A stretch of DNA of 64,000 nt from positions 6,815 to 70,814 of the forward strand of contig CAWILM010000011.1 in NCBI GenBank assembly GCA_963836935.1. The letters run 5' to 3'. The notes beneath the pieces were generated by a model, which ran no database searches, had not been told where the DNA came from, and saw nothing but the letters and a program-made list of their open reading frames with translations. Made by a program: the position numbers and the translations under genes. Position 1 is the first letter of the stretch; every line of letters begins with the position of its first letter. The stretch is from an uncultured Acidimicrobiaceae bacterium (lineage in GTDB: Bacteria; Actinomycetota; Acidimicrobiia; Acidimicrobiales; Bog-793). Shown here piece after piece: positions 44,869 to 54,190 of the stretch.

Positions 44869-46661
44869 CTACTTCGCCAGGAAAAACGAGGACTGATAGT
44901 GCCCTCCCACGGTCACGGTCGGCCTCTCCGGGGCCATGGGCTCCCGAATCTTGTCCCTATCCGTGGCTTCCCGCCGACTCCGCCGCCGTTGTCCGGTAGC
45001 GGGGTGCGACGAGATGCCGGATGAGGACGAGAGGGCGTCAACTACAGCGGGGCGTCGGTGATCGATCCTTTGGCGGGCCAGTGGTTCTCGGTCGGGACGA
45101 CGGTCGCTCGCCGCGCAGCGGGTTCGACTTGTTAATCTTCTCCTCGGCAAGAGCGGCGATCTTGGTGACGTTGTGAGCAAGCAGTCCCCAGTTGCACCAG
45201 GTGGTTGCTCCTTCGATGCCATCGAGGACCGTGCGCTCAAACCCGAAGGCGTGCTTCAGATGCGAGATGCGACCCTCCGATCCGGTGCGCCACTTGACGA
45301 GCGAGCGGAACTTCCGGCTCGACTCGACTGAGCGACGCGTCGGACCGGGCCGTCCCTTTCTCGGGATGGCGACTGTGGTCACCTCGCATGAGACGAGGGC
45401 GTCCTCGATGCTCGCCTCGCCATAGCCGCGATCGGCGGTGACGGCTCGTGGCGCTCGTGCGAACAATGTGGCGACCCGTCTGATCGCCGGCACGAGCAGT
45501 CCTGCGTCAGGCGGGTTGCCCTTGTACACGGCGAGGTCCAAGACGATGCCGTCGGAGTTGTCGGTGATCTGTGCCTTGTAACCGAACTCGACGGGCTTTC
45601 CCAGCCTGCCCTTGGCGATCGGCCGTGCGTCTTTGTCGTGCAGCGACACGATCCTCTTCGAGCCGTCGGGGACCTCTCCTAAGAACCGGGCGCGTGTTTG
45701 GGCGACGATCTGTTCCAAGAGCTTGGCTGTCTGCTCGATATCTGCGACGAGGGCGACCGCCTTGCCGGAGGTGGCCTTCCCGCTACGACCGAGCGATCGC
45801 CTGGCGTTGCGGGCGACGGCAGAGCGCGTCTGCGATGGTTGCCTCGGCCAAGTCGGCGAGCTCGCCTGTGATGGCGAGCACCTCGGTCTTCGCCTCGTCG
45901 TTGCGACGGCGCAGCCATGCTCCAATCGAGTGCGCCCGCCGACGCACCGAGCGCGTGCGGTCACGAAAGCGGGTCCGAGCGGCGAAGCCCATCTGCTTCA
46001 AGGAGTAGACCGTACGGGCGAGCTTGGCGACGCCCTTGGCTAAAAGGCCCGAGTCGGTCGGGTAGGCGATGTTGGCCGGCACGACGGTCGTGTCGGCCCG
46101 CACCCTGTCCAGCTTCACGAGATGAGCGGTATCGGCCTTCTTGAGCAGCGCCTCGTTCAGCTGGGTCACCACGTCTGAGCCGCACCGCTTGGTGATCTTC
46201 ATGAGCGTGGAGGGGTCCGGCACCTTGTCGTAGGGACCGATCCGGCAAAAGCGCCGCCATCCGAGCGAGTCGGTCACCTCGGCGCACAGTGTCTCGAAGC
46301 CGAGCCGGTATCTGAACCGCAGGTGCATGAGCCGCAGGTAGGTCTCGATCGGGATCGACGGCCGTCCGAACTCCGGGTCGAAGTAGGCGCCGAACGGTTC
46401 GAAGAATATCGGGTCGTCCAAGAGACGGTCGATGGCGGAAAGCCCTGGCGGAAGGCGGCGAAACTCGTCTGGGAGCAATGTTTCCCACAGACTCGGTTGC
46501 GGGTCTACCTTGGTACGCAGCACGGTGGCTCCAATCGCTTTTCCAAAGGGTGGTAGGAGCCATCGTGTCAACATTGAGACCAGATCGCGAGCACCATGCT
46601 CACACAGATGCCCTGGTCAGGGCATATTTTCAGTTTTCCTTTTTCCGGGCGAAGTAGCTAG
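44865..46661 (-). mobile_element. IS5-family-like insertion sequence (~1.8 kb) with ~22-bp terminal inverted repeats flanked by or tipped with CTAG
   Basis: The left end is CTAGCTACTTCGCCAGGAAAAA (44865-44886). The right end TTTTTCCGGGCGAAGTAGCTAG (46640-46661) is its reverse complement with one mismatch. CTAG is palindromic, so it is either the IR tip or a 4-bp target duplication of the YTAR type known for the IS5 group. Confidence 0.72.
45038..46574 (-). CDS. IS5-family-like transposase (DUF772 N-terminal + DDE_Tnp_1), apparent 1-nt frameshift near 45815-45830
   Basis: ORF 45783-46574 reads ..QPSLWETLLPDEFRRLPPGLSAIDRLLDD..GRPSIPIETYLRLMHLRFRYRLGFETLCAEVTDSLGWRRFCRI..ADTTVVPANIAYPTDSGLL... 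ORF 45038-45964 reads ..RIVSLHDKDARPIAKGRLGKPVEFGYKAQI..VTADRGYGE..SEGRISHLKHAFGFERT... The junction is ..EATIADA / SAVARNARRSL... Confidence 0.72.
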
Positions 46662-46995
46662 TGCTTTGCAAGGCCGTGCCCCGTGCACCGTCCTGGCGGG
46701 AGCACCGACGAGTGCGACCGTCGACCACCGGGCGAGCTTTGCCACGCCTTCATGACTCACGGGAGGAGCACTCCGCAGCAGCGGTCACCCCACACGTCGG
46801 CGACGAGTTGCGGCAGTCCGGTCTTCTCGTACCTCCATATAGCCTGGTTGTCATGGACCATCCCGTCTCGGACCGGCTCGAGATCGTCGCGCGACACCGC
46901 GACGATGGACGCCGATCACGACGCGTCGGGCGCCAAGTGTCACCGCCGCCAGGCGTCCGAACGGTCACGGAACTCGCTGTCGGGCTCCGCGACCG

Positions 46996-48270
46996 TTGAA
47001 GGGGCCAGCCTCGTCCCTGATCGACCGACGAGCCCGTTCGCGTCGTCGCTGGGTAATGGCCGGGATCCTGGCCGTGTGGGGTCCCGGGCTTGTCGTGATG
47101 CTCGCAGACACAGATGCCGGGAGCCTGATAACCGCCGCTCAGTCCGGGTCCGAGTGGGGCTACCGGATGGTCCTCCCTGAGCTCGTGCTCATTCCGGTTC
47201 TCTTCGTCGTTCAGGAAATGACGGTCCGTCTCGGAATCCTCACCAACAAAGGTCAGGGGGCTCTCATCCGCGAGCACTTCGGGCGAGGATGGGCGCTGCT
47301 CGCTGCGGTGCCGCTTTTCGCATCGGGTGTCGGGGCTCTGTTCACCGAGTACGCCGGCATCGCTGGCGTGGGCGAGCTCTTCGGCGTTCCCCGCACAGTG
47401 ACGGTGCCGGTCGCGGCGGCGTTCCTGATCGGCATCGCCATGACAGGCAGCTATCGGCGAGCCGAACGCATCGGGATAGCGCTGGGGCTCGCGGAGCTGT
47501 TCTTCATTCCCGCCGTCGTGATGGCGCACCCGGACGTTCACGCCATTGTCCGAGGCTTGGGGCACGTACCTCTCGGCAGCAGCTCATACGTGTTCCTCCT
47601 GGCCGCCAACGTCGGCGCGGTGATCATGCCGTGGATGGTCTTCTACCAGCAAGGTGCTGTGCTCGACAAAGGCCTCAAGCCTTTGAACATTCCCAGCGAG
47701 CGTCGCGATACCGCTGTCGGGGCCGTGCTGACACAGGGGATCATGATCGTGGTGGTGCTCACGTTCGCGGCGACCGTCGGCCGCTCACATCACGGGACAA
47801 CGCTTCACACTGTCGCGGACATGTCCGCGGCTCTGCGTCCGTTCCTCGGCCCGATCGGAGCGAAAGTCCTCCTTGGGACGGCGGTGTTGGGTGCCGCCCT
47901 TGTGGCCGCCCTCGTTGCGTCCTTGGCTGGCGCCTGGGGACTCGCGGAGGTCTTTGGATGGACCCACACTCTCAATGAGCTACCAGATCGGAAGACAGCC
48001 AAGTTCTACGTCACCTATGGCCTTGCCCACGTGTTCGGGGCGGTCATAGTGCTCGTGAGCCTGAATATCGTCAGATTGGTGATCGACGTCGAGGTGATGA
48101 ACGCGCTCCTCTTGCCGATCGTCCTCGGCTTCTTGTTGGTGCTCGAAGCGCGGGCTTTGCCGAACGAGCACCGAATGCACGGGGTTCGACGGGTCGTGGC
48201 GACAAGCCTCTGCCTGATCATCGTCGGCTTCGCGCTTTTCCTGGTGCCGAGGACACTGGGACTGGGGTAG
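46996..48270 (+). CDS. mntH: Nramp-family divalent metal (Mn/Fe) transporter
   Basis: It contains GPGLVVMLADTDAGSLITAAQSGSEWGYRMVL..VVQEMTVRLGILT.. (the DPGN-region equivalent) and ..ANVGAVIMPWMVFYQQ... It is a multi-pass membrane protein of typical length. The symbol is given by family and has not been verified. Confidence 0.78.
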   Translation: MKGPASSLIDRRARSRRRWVMAGILAVWGPGLVVMLADTDAGSLITAAQSGSEWGYRMVLPELVLIPVLFVVQEMTVRLGILTNKGQGALIREHFGRGWALLAAVPLFASGVGALFTEYAGIAGVGELFGVPRTVTVPVAAAFLIGIAMTGSYRRAERIGIALGLAELFFIPAVVMAHPDVHAIVRGLGHVPLGSSSYVFLLAANVGAVIMPWMVFYQQGAVLDKGLKPLNIPSERRDTAVGAVLTQGIMIVVVLTFAATVGRSHHGTTLHTVADMSAALRPFLGPIGAKVLLGTAVLGAALVAALVASLAGAWGLAEVFGWTHTLNELPDRKTAKFYVTYGLAHVFGAVIVLVSLNIVRLVIDVEVMNALLLPIVLGFLLVLEARALPNEHRMHGVRRVVATSLCLIIVGFALFLVPRTLGLG

Positions 48271-48279
48271 TCGCCCCAG

Positions 48280-49110
48280 CTAATCGACGCCCGACGCTCG
48301 ACCCGTTGGCGCCGCCGTTGTGCGATCAGGGCCCCACGACCTGAGCGCGGACAGGCGGATCGAGACTGTCTTTGCGGCTGTTTGGAGGCTTGGCAGCAGA
48401 TCCCTGATCTGGCTGTCGGTCATTCGCGACGACGGTCCTTGAACGGCCACGGCGGCCACGGCTTTGCCATCGGCTGCTCGCACTGGCACCGCGACGCTCC
48501 GTACGGACGTCTCACGCTCCTCGTCGTTGATCGCCCAGCCCCGATCGCGGGCTTCGCTAAGGACTCTGCTGAGCACCGCGCGGGACGTGATGGTCGCCTG
48601 CGTCAGCTTGGTCAGTTTCGGTAGGGACTGGACCGCGCCGTCCGGATCAGCGTCGAAGGCGAGGAGGACCTTGCCCATGGCCGAGGCGTGAACAGGCACC
48701 CGTGCACCCGCGCCCTGATCGAAGCGCAGGCTCTGAAACGACGGCACCGAGAGCAGTACCAGCACATCGCTGCCGTCGCGCACGCCCAGGTTGACTGATT
48801 CGCCGGTCACAGTGGCGAGCAACTCGAGCACGGAACGGATAGCCGGGACGCCAACGGTGTCGGCTGCTCTGGAACCCAAAGGGATGAGTGCGACGCCAAG
48901 CGAGTAGCGCGCGGTCAGCGGGTCGTGCGCGAGCAACTCGGCGCGGCACAGAGCGCGCAACAGGCGATGAGCCGTGGCGGGAGTGAGGCCGGAGAGTCGG
49001 GCGAGCTCGCTCAACGATCGGGCGGGCGGTCCGACCTCGAAACAGCGCAGCAGCTGAAGCGCCCTTTCGACAGCCTGACTCCCGGTCCGGCGGATTCCCT
49101 CTGTGACCAT
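48280..49110 (-). CDS. IclR-family transcriptional regulator
   Basis: It contains ..AVERALQLLRCFEVGPPARSLSELARLSGLTPATAHRLLRAL (wHTH) and an IclR effector domain (..VNLGVRDGSDVLVL..GARVPVHASAMGKVLLAF..). The start is taken at ATG 49110, because the track start at 49266 would overlap cysK. Confidence 0.75.
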   Translation of the reverse strand: MVTEGIRRTGSQAVERALQLLRCFEVGPPARSLSELARLSGLTPATAHRLLRALCRAELLAHDPLTARYSLGVALIPLGSRAADTVGVPAIRSVLELLATVTGESVNLGVRDGSDVLVLLSVPSFQSLRFDQGAGARVPVHASAMGKVLLAFDADPDGAVQSLPKLTKLTQATITSRAVLSRVLSEARDRGWAINDEERETSVRSVAVPVRAADGKAVAAVAVQGPSSRMTDSQIRDLLPSLQTAAKTVSIRLSALRSWGPDRTTAAPTGRASGVD

Positions 49111-49243
49111 GACTCCTCCGACCTCGTCGAGTTCAGTCCACAATATAGAAGCTATTCCATAATGAGATAACTCTGACTTGTTGAGTCGGATTCTCCACCT
49201 AATGTCGACCCGTTCCGACAGGATTCGAGAAAGGCATGGGGGC

Positions 49244-50176
49244 ATGAAGATCGCGGAAGACATCACTCAGCTCATCGGGAACACACCTTTGGTGCGCCTG
49301 CGCCGGCTCACCGCAGACAGCGGGGCCGCCGTCGTGGCCAAGCTCGAGTTCTTCAACCCGGCCCACAGCGTGAAGGACCGCATCGGCGTGGCGATGATCG
49401 ATGCCGCCGAGAAGGCCGGCCTGATCGGCCCCGACACGGTCATCTTGGAGCCCACGAGCGGCAACACGGGCATCGCCTTGGCGATGGTGTGCACGGCCCG
49501 CGGCTATCGCTGCACGTTCACCATGCCCGAGACCATGAGCAAAGAGCGCCGGGCCCTGCTCAGGGCCTACGGGGCCGAGCTCATCTTGACCCCCGGTCCC
49601 GAGGGCATGCCCGGTGCCATCGCCAAGGCCGAGGAGCTCGCGAAGGCCGACCTGCGGTACTTCATCCCCCAGCAGTTCGAGAACCCGGCCAACCCGGCCA
49701 TCCACCGGGCCACGACCGCCGAGGAGATCTGGGACGACACCGACGGCAAGGTCGACGTCGTCGTCTCCGGCGTCGGCACCGGAGGGACAATAACCGGCGT
49801 CGGCCAGGTGCTGAAAGAGCGCAAGGCGTCGGTGAAGATGGTGGCGGTCGAGCCCGCCGCCTCGCCGGTGCTCTCGGGCGGCCAGAAGGGCCCCCATCCC
49901 ATCCAGGGCATCGGGGCGGGCTTCGTCCCGGCCATCTTGGACAGGGCCGTCATCGACGAGATCATCACCGTCGCGAACGCCGACGCCTTCGAGTTCGCCC
50001 GGCGGGCGGCGCGGGAGGAGGGACTCCTGGTGGGCATCTCCTCGGGGGCGGCCCTCTGGGCGGCGCTCGAGGTGGCCAAGCGCCCGGAGAGCGCCGGCAA
50101 GTTGATCGTCGTGGTCATCCCGTCGTTCGGCGAGCGGTACCTGTCCACGGCGCTGTTCGAGGGTCTCAGCGACTGA
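49244..50176 (+). CDS. cysK: Cysteine synthase A (O-acetylserine sulfhydrylase)
   Basis: It contains [19 protein letters not shown], ..[13 protein letters not shown] (PLP Lys), ..[13 protein letters not shown].. and ..[10 protein letters not shown]... The start is taken at the internal ATG 49244. Confidence 0.9.
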   Translation: MKIAEDITQLIGNTPLVRLRRLTADSGAAVVAKLEFFNPAHSVKDRIGVAMIDAAEKAGLIGPDTVILEPTSGNTGIALAMVCTARGYRCTFTMPETMSKERRALLRAYGAELILTPGPEGMPGAIAKAEELAKADLRYFIPQQFENPANPAIHRATTAEEIWDDTDGKVDVVVSGVGTGGTITGVGQVLKERKASVKMVAVEPAASPVLSGGQKGPHPIQGIGAGFVPAILDRAVIDEIITVANADAFEFARRAAREEGLLVGISSGAALWAALEVAKRPESAGKLIVVVIPSFGERYLSTALFEGLSD

Positions 50177-50178
50177 CC

Positions 50179-50565
50179 ATGCTCGAGACCCTGCGGCGCG
50201 ACCTGGCCTCGGCCCACGAGCGCGACCCGGCGGCACGCTCGTCCTTAGAGATCGCCATCTGCTATTCGGGCGTGCACGCCATCTGGAGCCATCGCCTTTG
50301 CCACTGGCTGTGGCAGAACGACCTGAAGTTCCTCGCCCGGGTGTGCTCCAGCCTGGCGCACATCGTCACAGGCGTCGACATCCATCCCGCGGCCGTGCTG
50401 GGCCAGGGCGTGTTCATCGACCACGCCACCGGCGTGGTCATCGGCGAGACGGCCGAGGTCGGTGACGACGTGACCATCTATCAAGGCGTCACCCTCGGCG
50501 GCACCAGCCTCGAGCGGGTGAAGCGCCACCCGACCGTGAGACGCAGGGCAGTAGCGGTGAGCTGA
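50179..50565 (+). pseudogene. cysE: Serine O-acetyltransferase, C-terminally truncated
   Basis: It reads MLETLRRDLASAHERDPAARSSLEIAICYSGVHAIWSHRLCHWLW..GVDIHPAAVLGQGVFIDHATGVVIGETAEVGDDVTIYQGVTLGGTS..KRHPTV and then RRRAVAVS*. The remaining hexapeptide-repeat coils and C-terminal tail (about 50-60 aa in homologues) are absent in all three frames. Confidence 0.65.
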
Positions 50566-50612
50566 TCGTCAGGCGGCTAATCGAACCTCTGAGGCTTGGT
50601 AGCGTCTGCATC

Positions 50613-51008
50613 ATGCCTATAGCGGTGTCCTCCTTCGTGCTCGAGTCGTTCGATGAAGAGCCTCTTTTCCTGGAGGATCCCGGCGTCCAGTACGCCCGTA
50701 TCCGCATTGCGAAGACGTTCCACGGTGACATTGAAGCGCAGAGCACCGTGGAGATGCTGTCGGTGCACGCTGACAACGGTGGCGCGGGCTACGTCGCCGT
50801 GGAACGGATAGCGGGATCCGTGCACGGCCGGTCCGGAAGCTTCGCAGTCCTGCACGTTGGGACGATGGCGGGCGATAGCCAATGGGCCAGGTGGCCGGTT
50901 GTCCCGGGCTCGGGGACCGGGGATCTCGCCCGGATATCTGGTGAGGGCCGAATTCAGATCTCTCATGACGGCGCTCACCAGCTGCACCTCGATTACGAGC
51001 TCTCTTGA
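50613..51008 (+). CDS. DUF3224-like small protein
   Basis: The sequence ..AKTFHGDIEAQSTVEMLSVHADNGGAGYVAVERIAGSVHGRSGSFAVLHVG.. fits my recollection of the DUF3224 pattern. The family call is moderate. Confidence 0.5.
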   Translation: MPIAVSSFVLESFDEEPLFLEDPGVQYARIRIAKTFHGDIEAQSTVEMLSVHADNGGAGYVAVERIAGSVHGRSGSFAVLHVGTMAGDSQWARWPVVPGSGTGDLARISGEGRIQISHDGAHQLHLDYELS

Positions 51009-51085
51009 CTCCTGACGGCTCGTCCCGCGCCAAGCGGGATGAGCGTCAGATCTTCAATTGACGAGAAAGTGAGAGGAACAGGGAT

Positions 51086-51829
51086 ATGACGGACTCGCTG
51101 CGGGCGGAGACCGTCCGCTTGAGGGGGCACGGTGATGACGAGATCGAGGCCTACGTAGCCCAGCCGCTCGACGAGGGACGTTTCGGCAGCGTCGTCGTGA
51201 TTCACCACATGCCCGGCTGGGACGAGGGAATGAAGGAGATCACACGGAAGTTCGCGGCGCACGGCTATCTGGCCGTCTGCCCGAACCTCTACAGCCGGGA
51301 GGCACCGGGAGCCTCCCCTGACGACGCGGCGGCGGCCGTTCGAGCGTTGGGAGGAGTTCCCGACGATCGCCTAGTTGGCGACGTTCAAGGTGCGGCCCGG
51401 TATCTCACTTCGCTGGCGTCCTCGAACGGTCGCGTAGCCACGATCGGCTATTGCTCAGGCGGCCGCCAGTCGTTCCTCGCCGCGTGCCGCCTTCCGCTCG
51501 ACGCCGCGGTCGATTGCTACGGCGCCTTCGTCGTCGGGACTCCGCCGGAGGGGAACCCGCTCAAGGTCGGCCCGATCGTGCATCTGACCAAGGATCTCTC
51601 CTGTCCCCTGCTTGGCCTGTTCGGATCCGACGACCAGTACCCGTCACCCCAGCATGTCGCCGAGCTGGAAGAGGCCCTGAAACAGGCCGGCAAGACCTAT
51701 GAGTTCCACTCCTACGACGGGGCGGGCCACGCCTTCTTCGCGACCGACCGTCCGAGCTACCGACCCGAGGCCGCCAAAGACGGCTGGCAGCGGATCTGGG
51801 CGTTCTTCGGCCGACACCTCGGCTCCTGA
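51086..51829 (+). CDS. Dienelactone hydrolase family protein
   Basis: It contains ..VVVIHHMPGWDEGMKEITRKFAAHGYLAVCPNLY.., ..IGYCSGGRQSF (nucleophile elbow, Cys type) and ..YDGAGHAFF... Confidence 0.75.
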   Translation: MTDSLRAETVRLRGHGDDEIEAYVAQPLDEGRFGSVVVIHHMPGWDEGMKEITRKFAAHGYLAVCPNLYSREAPGASPDDAAAAVRALGGVPDDRLVGDVQGAARYLTSLASSNGRVATIGYCSGGRQSFLAACRLPLDAAVDCYGAFVVGTPPEGNPLKVGPIVHLTKDLSCPLLGLFGSDDQYPSPQHVAELEEALKQAGKTYEFHSYDGAGHAFFATDRPSYRPEAAKDGWQRIWAFFGRHLGS

Positions 51830-51850
51830 GCGGCCGAAAGCAGCGGAGCG

Positions 51851-52105
51851 ATGTGCACCTATCGGACCGAGAAGCTGGCTTTGAACGGCTCCGGAAAGGG
51901 ACCTGCGGGTTGGTTCTCGCTCTCCAGCGCCACGGTCTACCTCGATCATCCGACGCACTATTCAGCCGAGCACAGCCTGAACATCGATTTTCTCAATCTC
52001 GACGACGGCGCCCTTTCCCGGGTCGCAGTGGAGCTCGACCCGGCCGCGGCGGGCGAGCTGGCGCGAGCAATCCTGGAAACACTTCAGGCTGTGCCCCAGC
52101 ACTGA
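51851..52105 (+). CDS. Small conserved hypothetical protein (DUF6295-like by recollection)
   Basis: MCTYRTEKLALNGSGKGPAGWFSLSSATVYLDHPTHYSAEHSLNIDFLN.. resembles a small actinobacterial family. The composition is coding-like. Confidence 0.4.
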   Translation: MCTYRTEKLALNGSGKGPAGWFSLSSATVYLDHPTHYSAEHSLNIDFLNLDDGALSRVAVELDPAAAGELARAILETLQAVPQH

Positions 52106-52309
52106 CGGCGAGGGAGCAGGGTTTCACTGTCCGCTGTAGATGTCGACGACGGTGAACTCCTCGGAACCAAGCTTCTTGTAGACACGCGCGGAAGAGTCTG
52201 AATCGGTCTCGAGATGGGCGAGCTCGGCGTCCGCTTCGACCCAATAAGTCACGACGGTTTGCAAGCAGAGCCCGCGACATTGCCAAGGTCTGCATGTCCA
52301 TGACGCCTC

Positions 52310-53149
52310 TCAGCGGGGCTTGCGGGCGAGAAGCTCGCCTAGAGCCCTGTCCGGCACGTCGAGGTCACCGGTTCCCGTGCCGACCCGAAGATCGGGCTTG
52401 AAGGTGCCGTGGAAGTCCGACCCTCCTGTCGCGACGAGGTCGTGGCGCTTGGCCATCTCCACGAGCCCGGCACGTTCCTCAGGCGAGTAAGGCCCGTAGT
52501 AGCACTCCATCCCGCCGAGCCCGGCGGCGGAGAGCTCTCGGAGCACCTGGTCGAGCCCGGACGGCTCAAGTCCGAGCGTAAGTGGATGGGCGAGAACCGC
52601 AACTGCCCCTGAGTCCCTTGCCGTGCCGATGAAGGTCGCAACGTCGATGCGAGCCTTTGCGACGTAGCTGGCAGACCCCTTGGAGAGAAAACGATCGAAG
52701 GCGTCTTGGACGGTCACCGCCGCACCATTGGCCACGAGGACGGCGGCGAAATGGGGTCTCCCGATGACAGAACTCCCGGCTGCCTCCGCGACCTGCGCCG
52801 AGGTGATCGGCAACCCGAGATCCCTCAGCCGCTGCACAAGCAGCTCGTTTCGACGCGATCGGTTCAGCCGGAGCCGCTCGAGCTCGGATTGCAGCGGACC
52901 CTCGCCGGGCTCGACGAAATAGGCGAGTGCGTGCATCGTTCCGGGCTCGAAGGAGCACGAGACCTCACAGCCCGGCACGAACCCGATACCAAGGCTCGCG
53001 GCGCGGGCTTTGGACGGGACGACGCCGGCAAGACCGTCATGGTCCGTCAGCGCCACGGCCGTACAACCAGCTTCCGACGCGAGTTCCACGACCCTCTCGG
53101 GCGTCTCCGAGCCGTCGGAGCAGGTCGAGTGCAGGTGCAGGTCGATCAC
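52310..53149 (-). CDS. PHP-domain metal-dependent phosphoesterase (TrpH/YciV-like)
   Basis: It contains MIDLHLHSTCSDGS.., ..VALTDHDGLAGV.. and ..AHPLTLG.., ..GGSDFHG... Confidence 0.75.
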   Translation of the reverse strand: MIDLHLHSTCSDGSETPERVVELASEAGCTAVALTDHDGLAGVVPSKARAASLGIGFVPGCEVSCSFEPGTMHALAYFVEPGEGPLQSELERLRLNRSRRNELLVQRLRDLGLPITSAQVAEAAGSSVIGRPHFAAVLVANGAAVTVQDAFDRFLSKGSASYVAKARIDVATFIGTARDSGAVAVLAHPLTLGLEPSGLDQVLRELSAAGLGGMECYYGPYSPEERAGLVEMAKRHDLVATGGSDFHGTFKPDLRVGTGTGDLDVPDRALGELLARKPR

Positions 53150-53275
53150 CGCGCCGAGCGTACCGGAGGTCGCTCTCGAGCCAGCAGCAACGACAGCCGC
53201 GGGTCATGTCCAACGTGGACAATCGTCCCCCTTCCTCGACGCCCTAAGTTGGGGGACGACCAGGAGGTCGCGCGA

Positions 53276-54190
53276 ATGGGAACGACGGCCATTCGAACCG
53301 AGGGGCTGTCCAAGCGGTATGGCAATGTCGACGCGCTCAAGGAGCTCGACCTCGAGGTGGCCGAAGGCGAGGTCGTGGGCTACCTCGGTCCAAACGGGGC
53401 AGGCAAGACGACCACTATTCGCCTCCTGCTCGGGTTGATCCGCCCCACGGCCGGACGCGCCGAGATCTTCGGGTTCGACTGCCAGCGCCAGGTGGTCGAA
53501 GCTCATCGGCACCTGGCGTATGTGGCGGGTGAGGCGAGTCTGTGGCCGTCGCTGACAGGTGCCGAGACTCTTCACTTGCTCGGCCGCGTGCAAGGAAGAG
53601 TGGACGACGCCTACCGGGACGAGCTGATCGGGCGCTTCGATCTCGACCCCTCCAAGAAGGTCCGCGCCTACTCCAAGGGCAATCGCCAGAAACTGATCCT
53701 TGTGGCCGCCCTGATGACCCGACCTGAGCTCCTACTGCTCGACGAGCCGACGAGCGGGCTCGACCCGTTGATGGAGCAGGCTTTTCGTCATTGTGTCCAC
53801 GAGGCGCGCGAGCGAGGCCAGACGGTCTTCCTGTCCTCGCACATCTTGAGCGAGGTCGAGGCCCTGTGCGATCGAATCGGGATCCTGCGCGAGGGCCTGC
53901 TGGTGGAGATGGGCACGCTTGCGCAGATGCGATACCTTTCGACTCTCAGCGTGGAGGCGACATTCGAGGGTGCTGTCCCCGATGTCTCGCGGGTCCCCGG
54001 TGTGTCTTCGGTCGCGGTGGTCGGGCACCTTCTTCGCTGCCAGGTACGTGGGACGATCGAGCCCCTCCTGCAGCTGGTTGCGGCCTCGGGCGTGCAGGAG
54101 CTCCTGAGCCGGGAGCCGTCGCTCGAGGAGCTGTTCCTCGCTCAGTACGGAGGTGGCGAGAGCGCCGAGACCCCGGCTCATGCAAGCTGA
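53276..54190 (+). CDS. ABC transporter ATP-binding protein (ABC-2/DrrA-like)
   Basis: It has Walker A GPNGAGKTTT, signature YSKGNRQKL and Walker B LLLLDEPTSGLD. The start is at ATG 53276 within the long track ORF. Confidence 0.85.
   Translation: MGTTAIRTEGLSKRYGNVDALKELDLEVAEGEVVGYLGPNGAGKTTTIRLLLGLIRPTAGRAEIFGFDCQRQVVEAHRHLAYVAGEASLWPSLTGAETLHLLGRVQGRVDDAYRDELIGRFDLDPSKKVRAYSKGNRQKLILVAALMTRPELLLLDEPTSGLDPLMEQAFRHCVHEARERGQTVFLSSHILSEVEALCDRIGILREGLLVEMGTLAQMRYLSTLSVEATFEGAVPDVSRVPGVSSVAVVGHLLRCQVRGTIEPLLQLVAASGVQELLSREPSLEELFLAQYGGGESAETPAHAS

Noticed and set aside
46662-46995. A manganese (yybP-ykoY) riboswitch or a small gene upstream of the Nramp transporter.
   Set aside because: I could not recognise the conserved riboswitch cores by eye. 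The only readable minus-strand peptide (VSRDDLEPVRDGMVHDNQAIWRYEKTGLPQLVADVWGD.., ~47 codons) is bounded by a stop just upstream and matches nothing I know. I left the region unannotated.
49199-50236. 345-aa minus-strand ORF, together with the 358-aa plus-strand ORF at 49489-50565.
   Set aside because: The first is antisense to cysK and the second is an alternative frame of cysK. Both have extreme R/G/P composition. The cysK frame has unambiguous PLP-enzyme motifs.
52106-52309. A small minus-strand ORF downstream of the PHP gene (..TYWVEADAELAHLETDSDSSARVYKKLGSEEFTVVDIYSGQ*).
   Set aside because: The composition looks protein-like, but only ~42 codons are open in that frame and the upstream part (MDMQTLAMSRALLANRRD) is in another frame. 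It may be a frameshifted small gene, but I cannot name a family or fix the coordinates.
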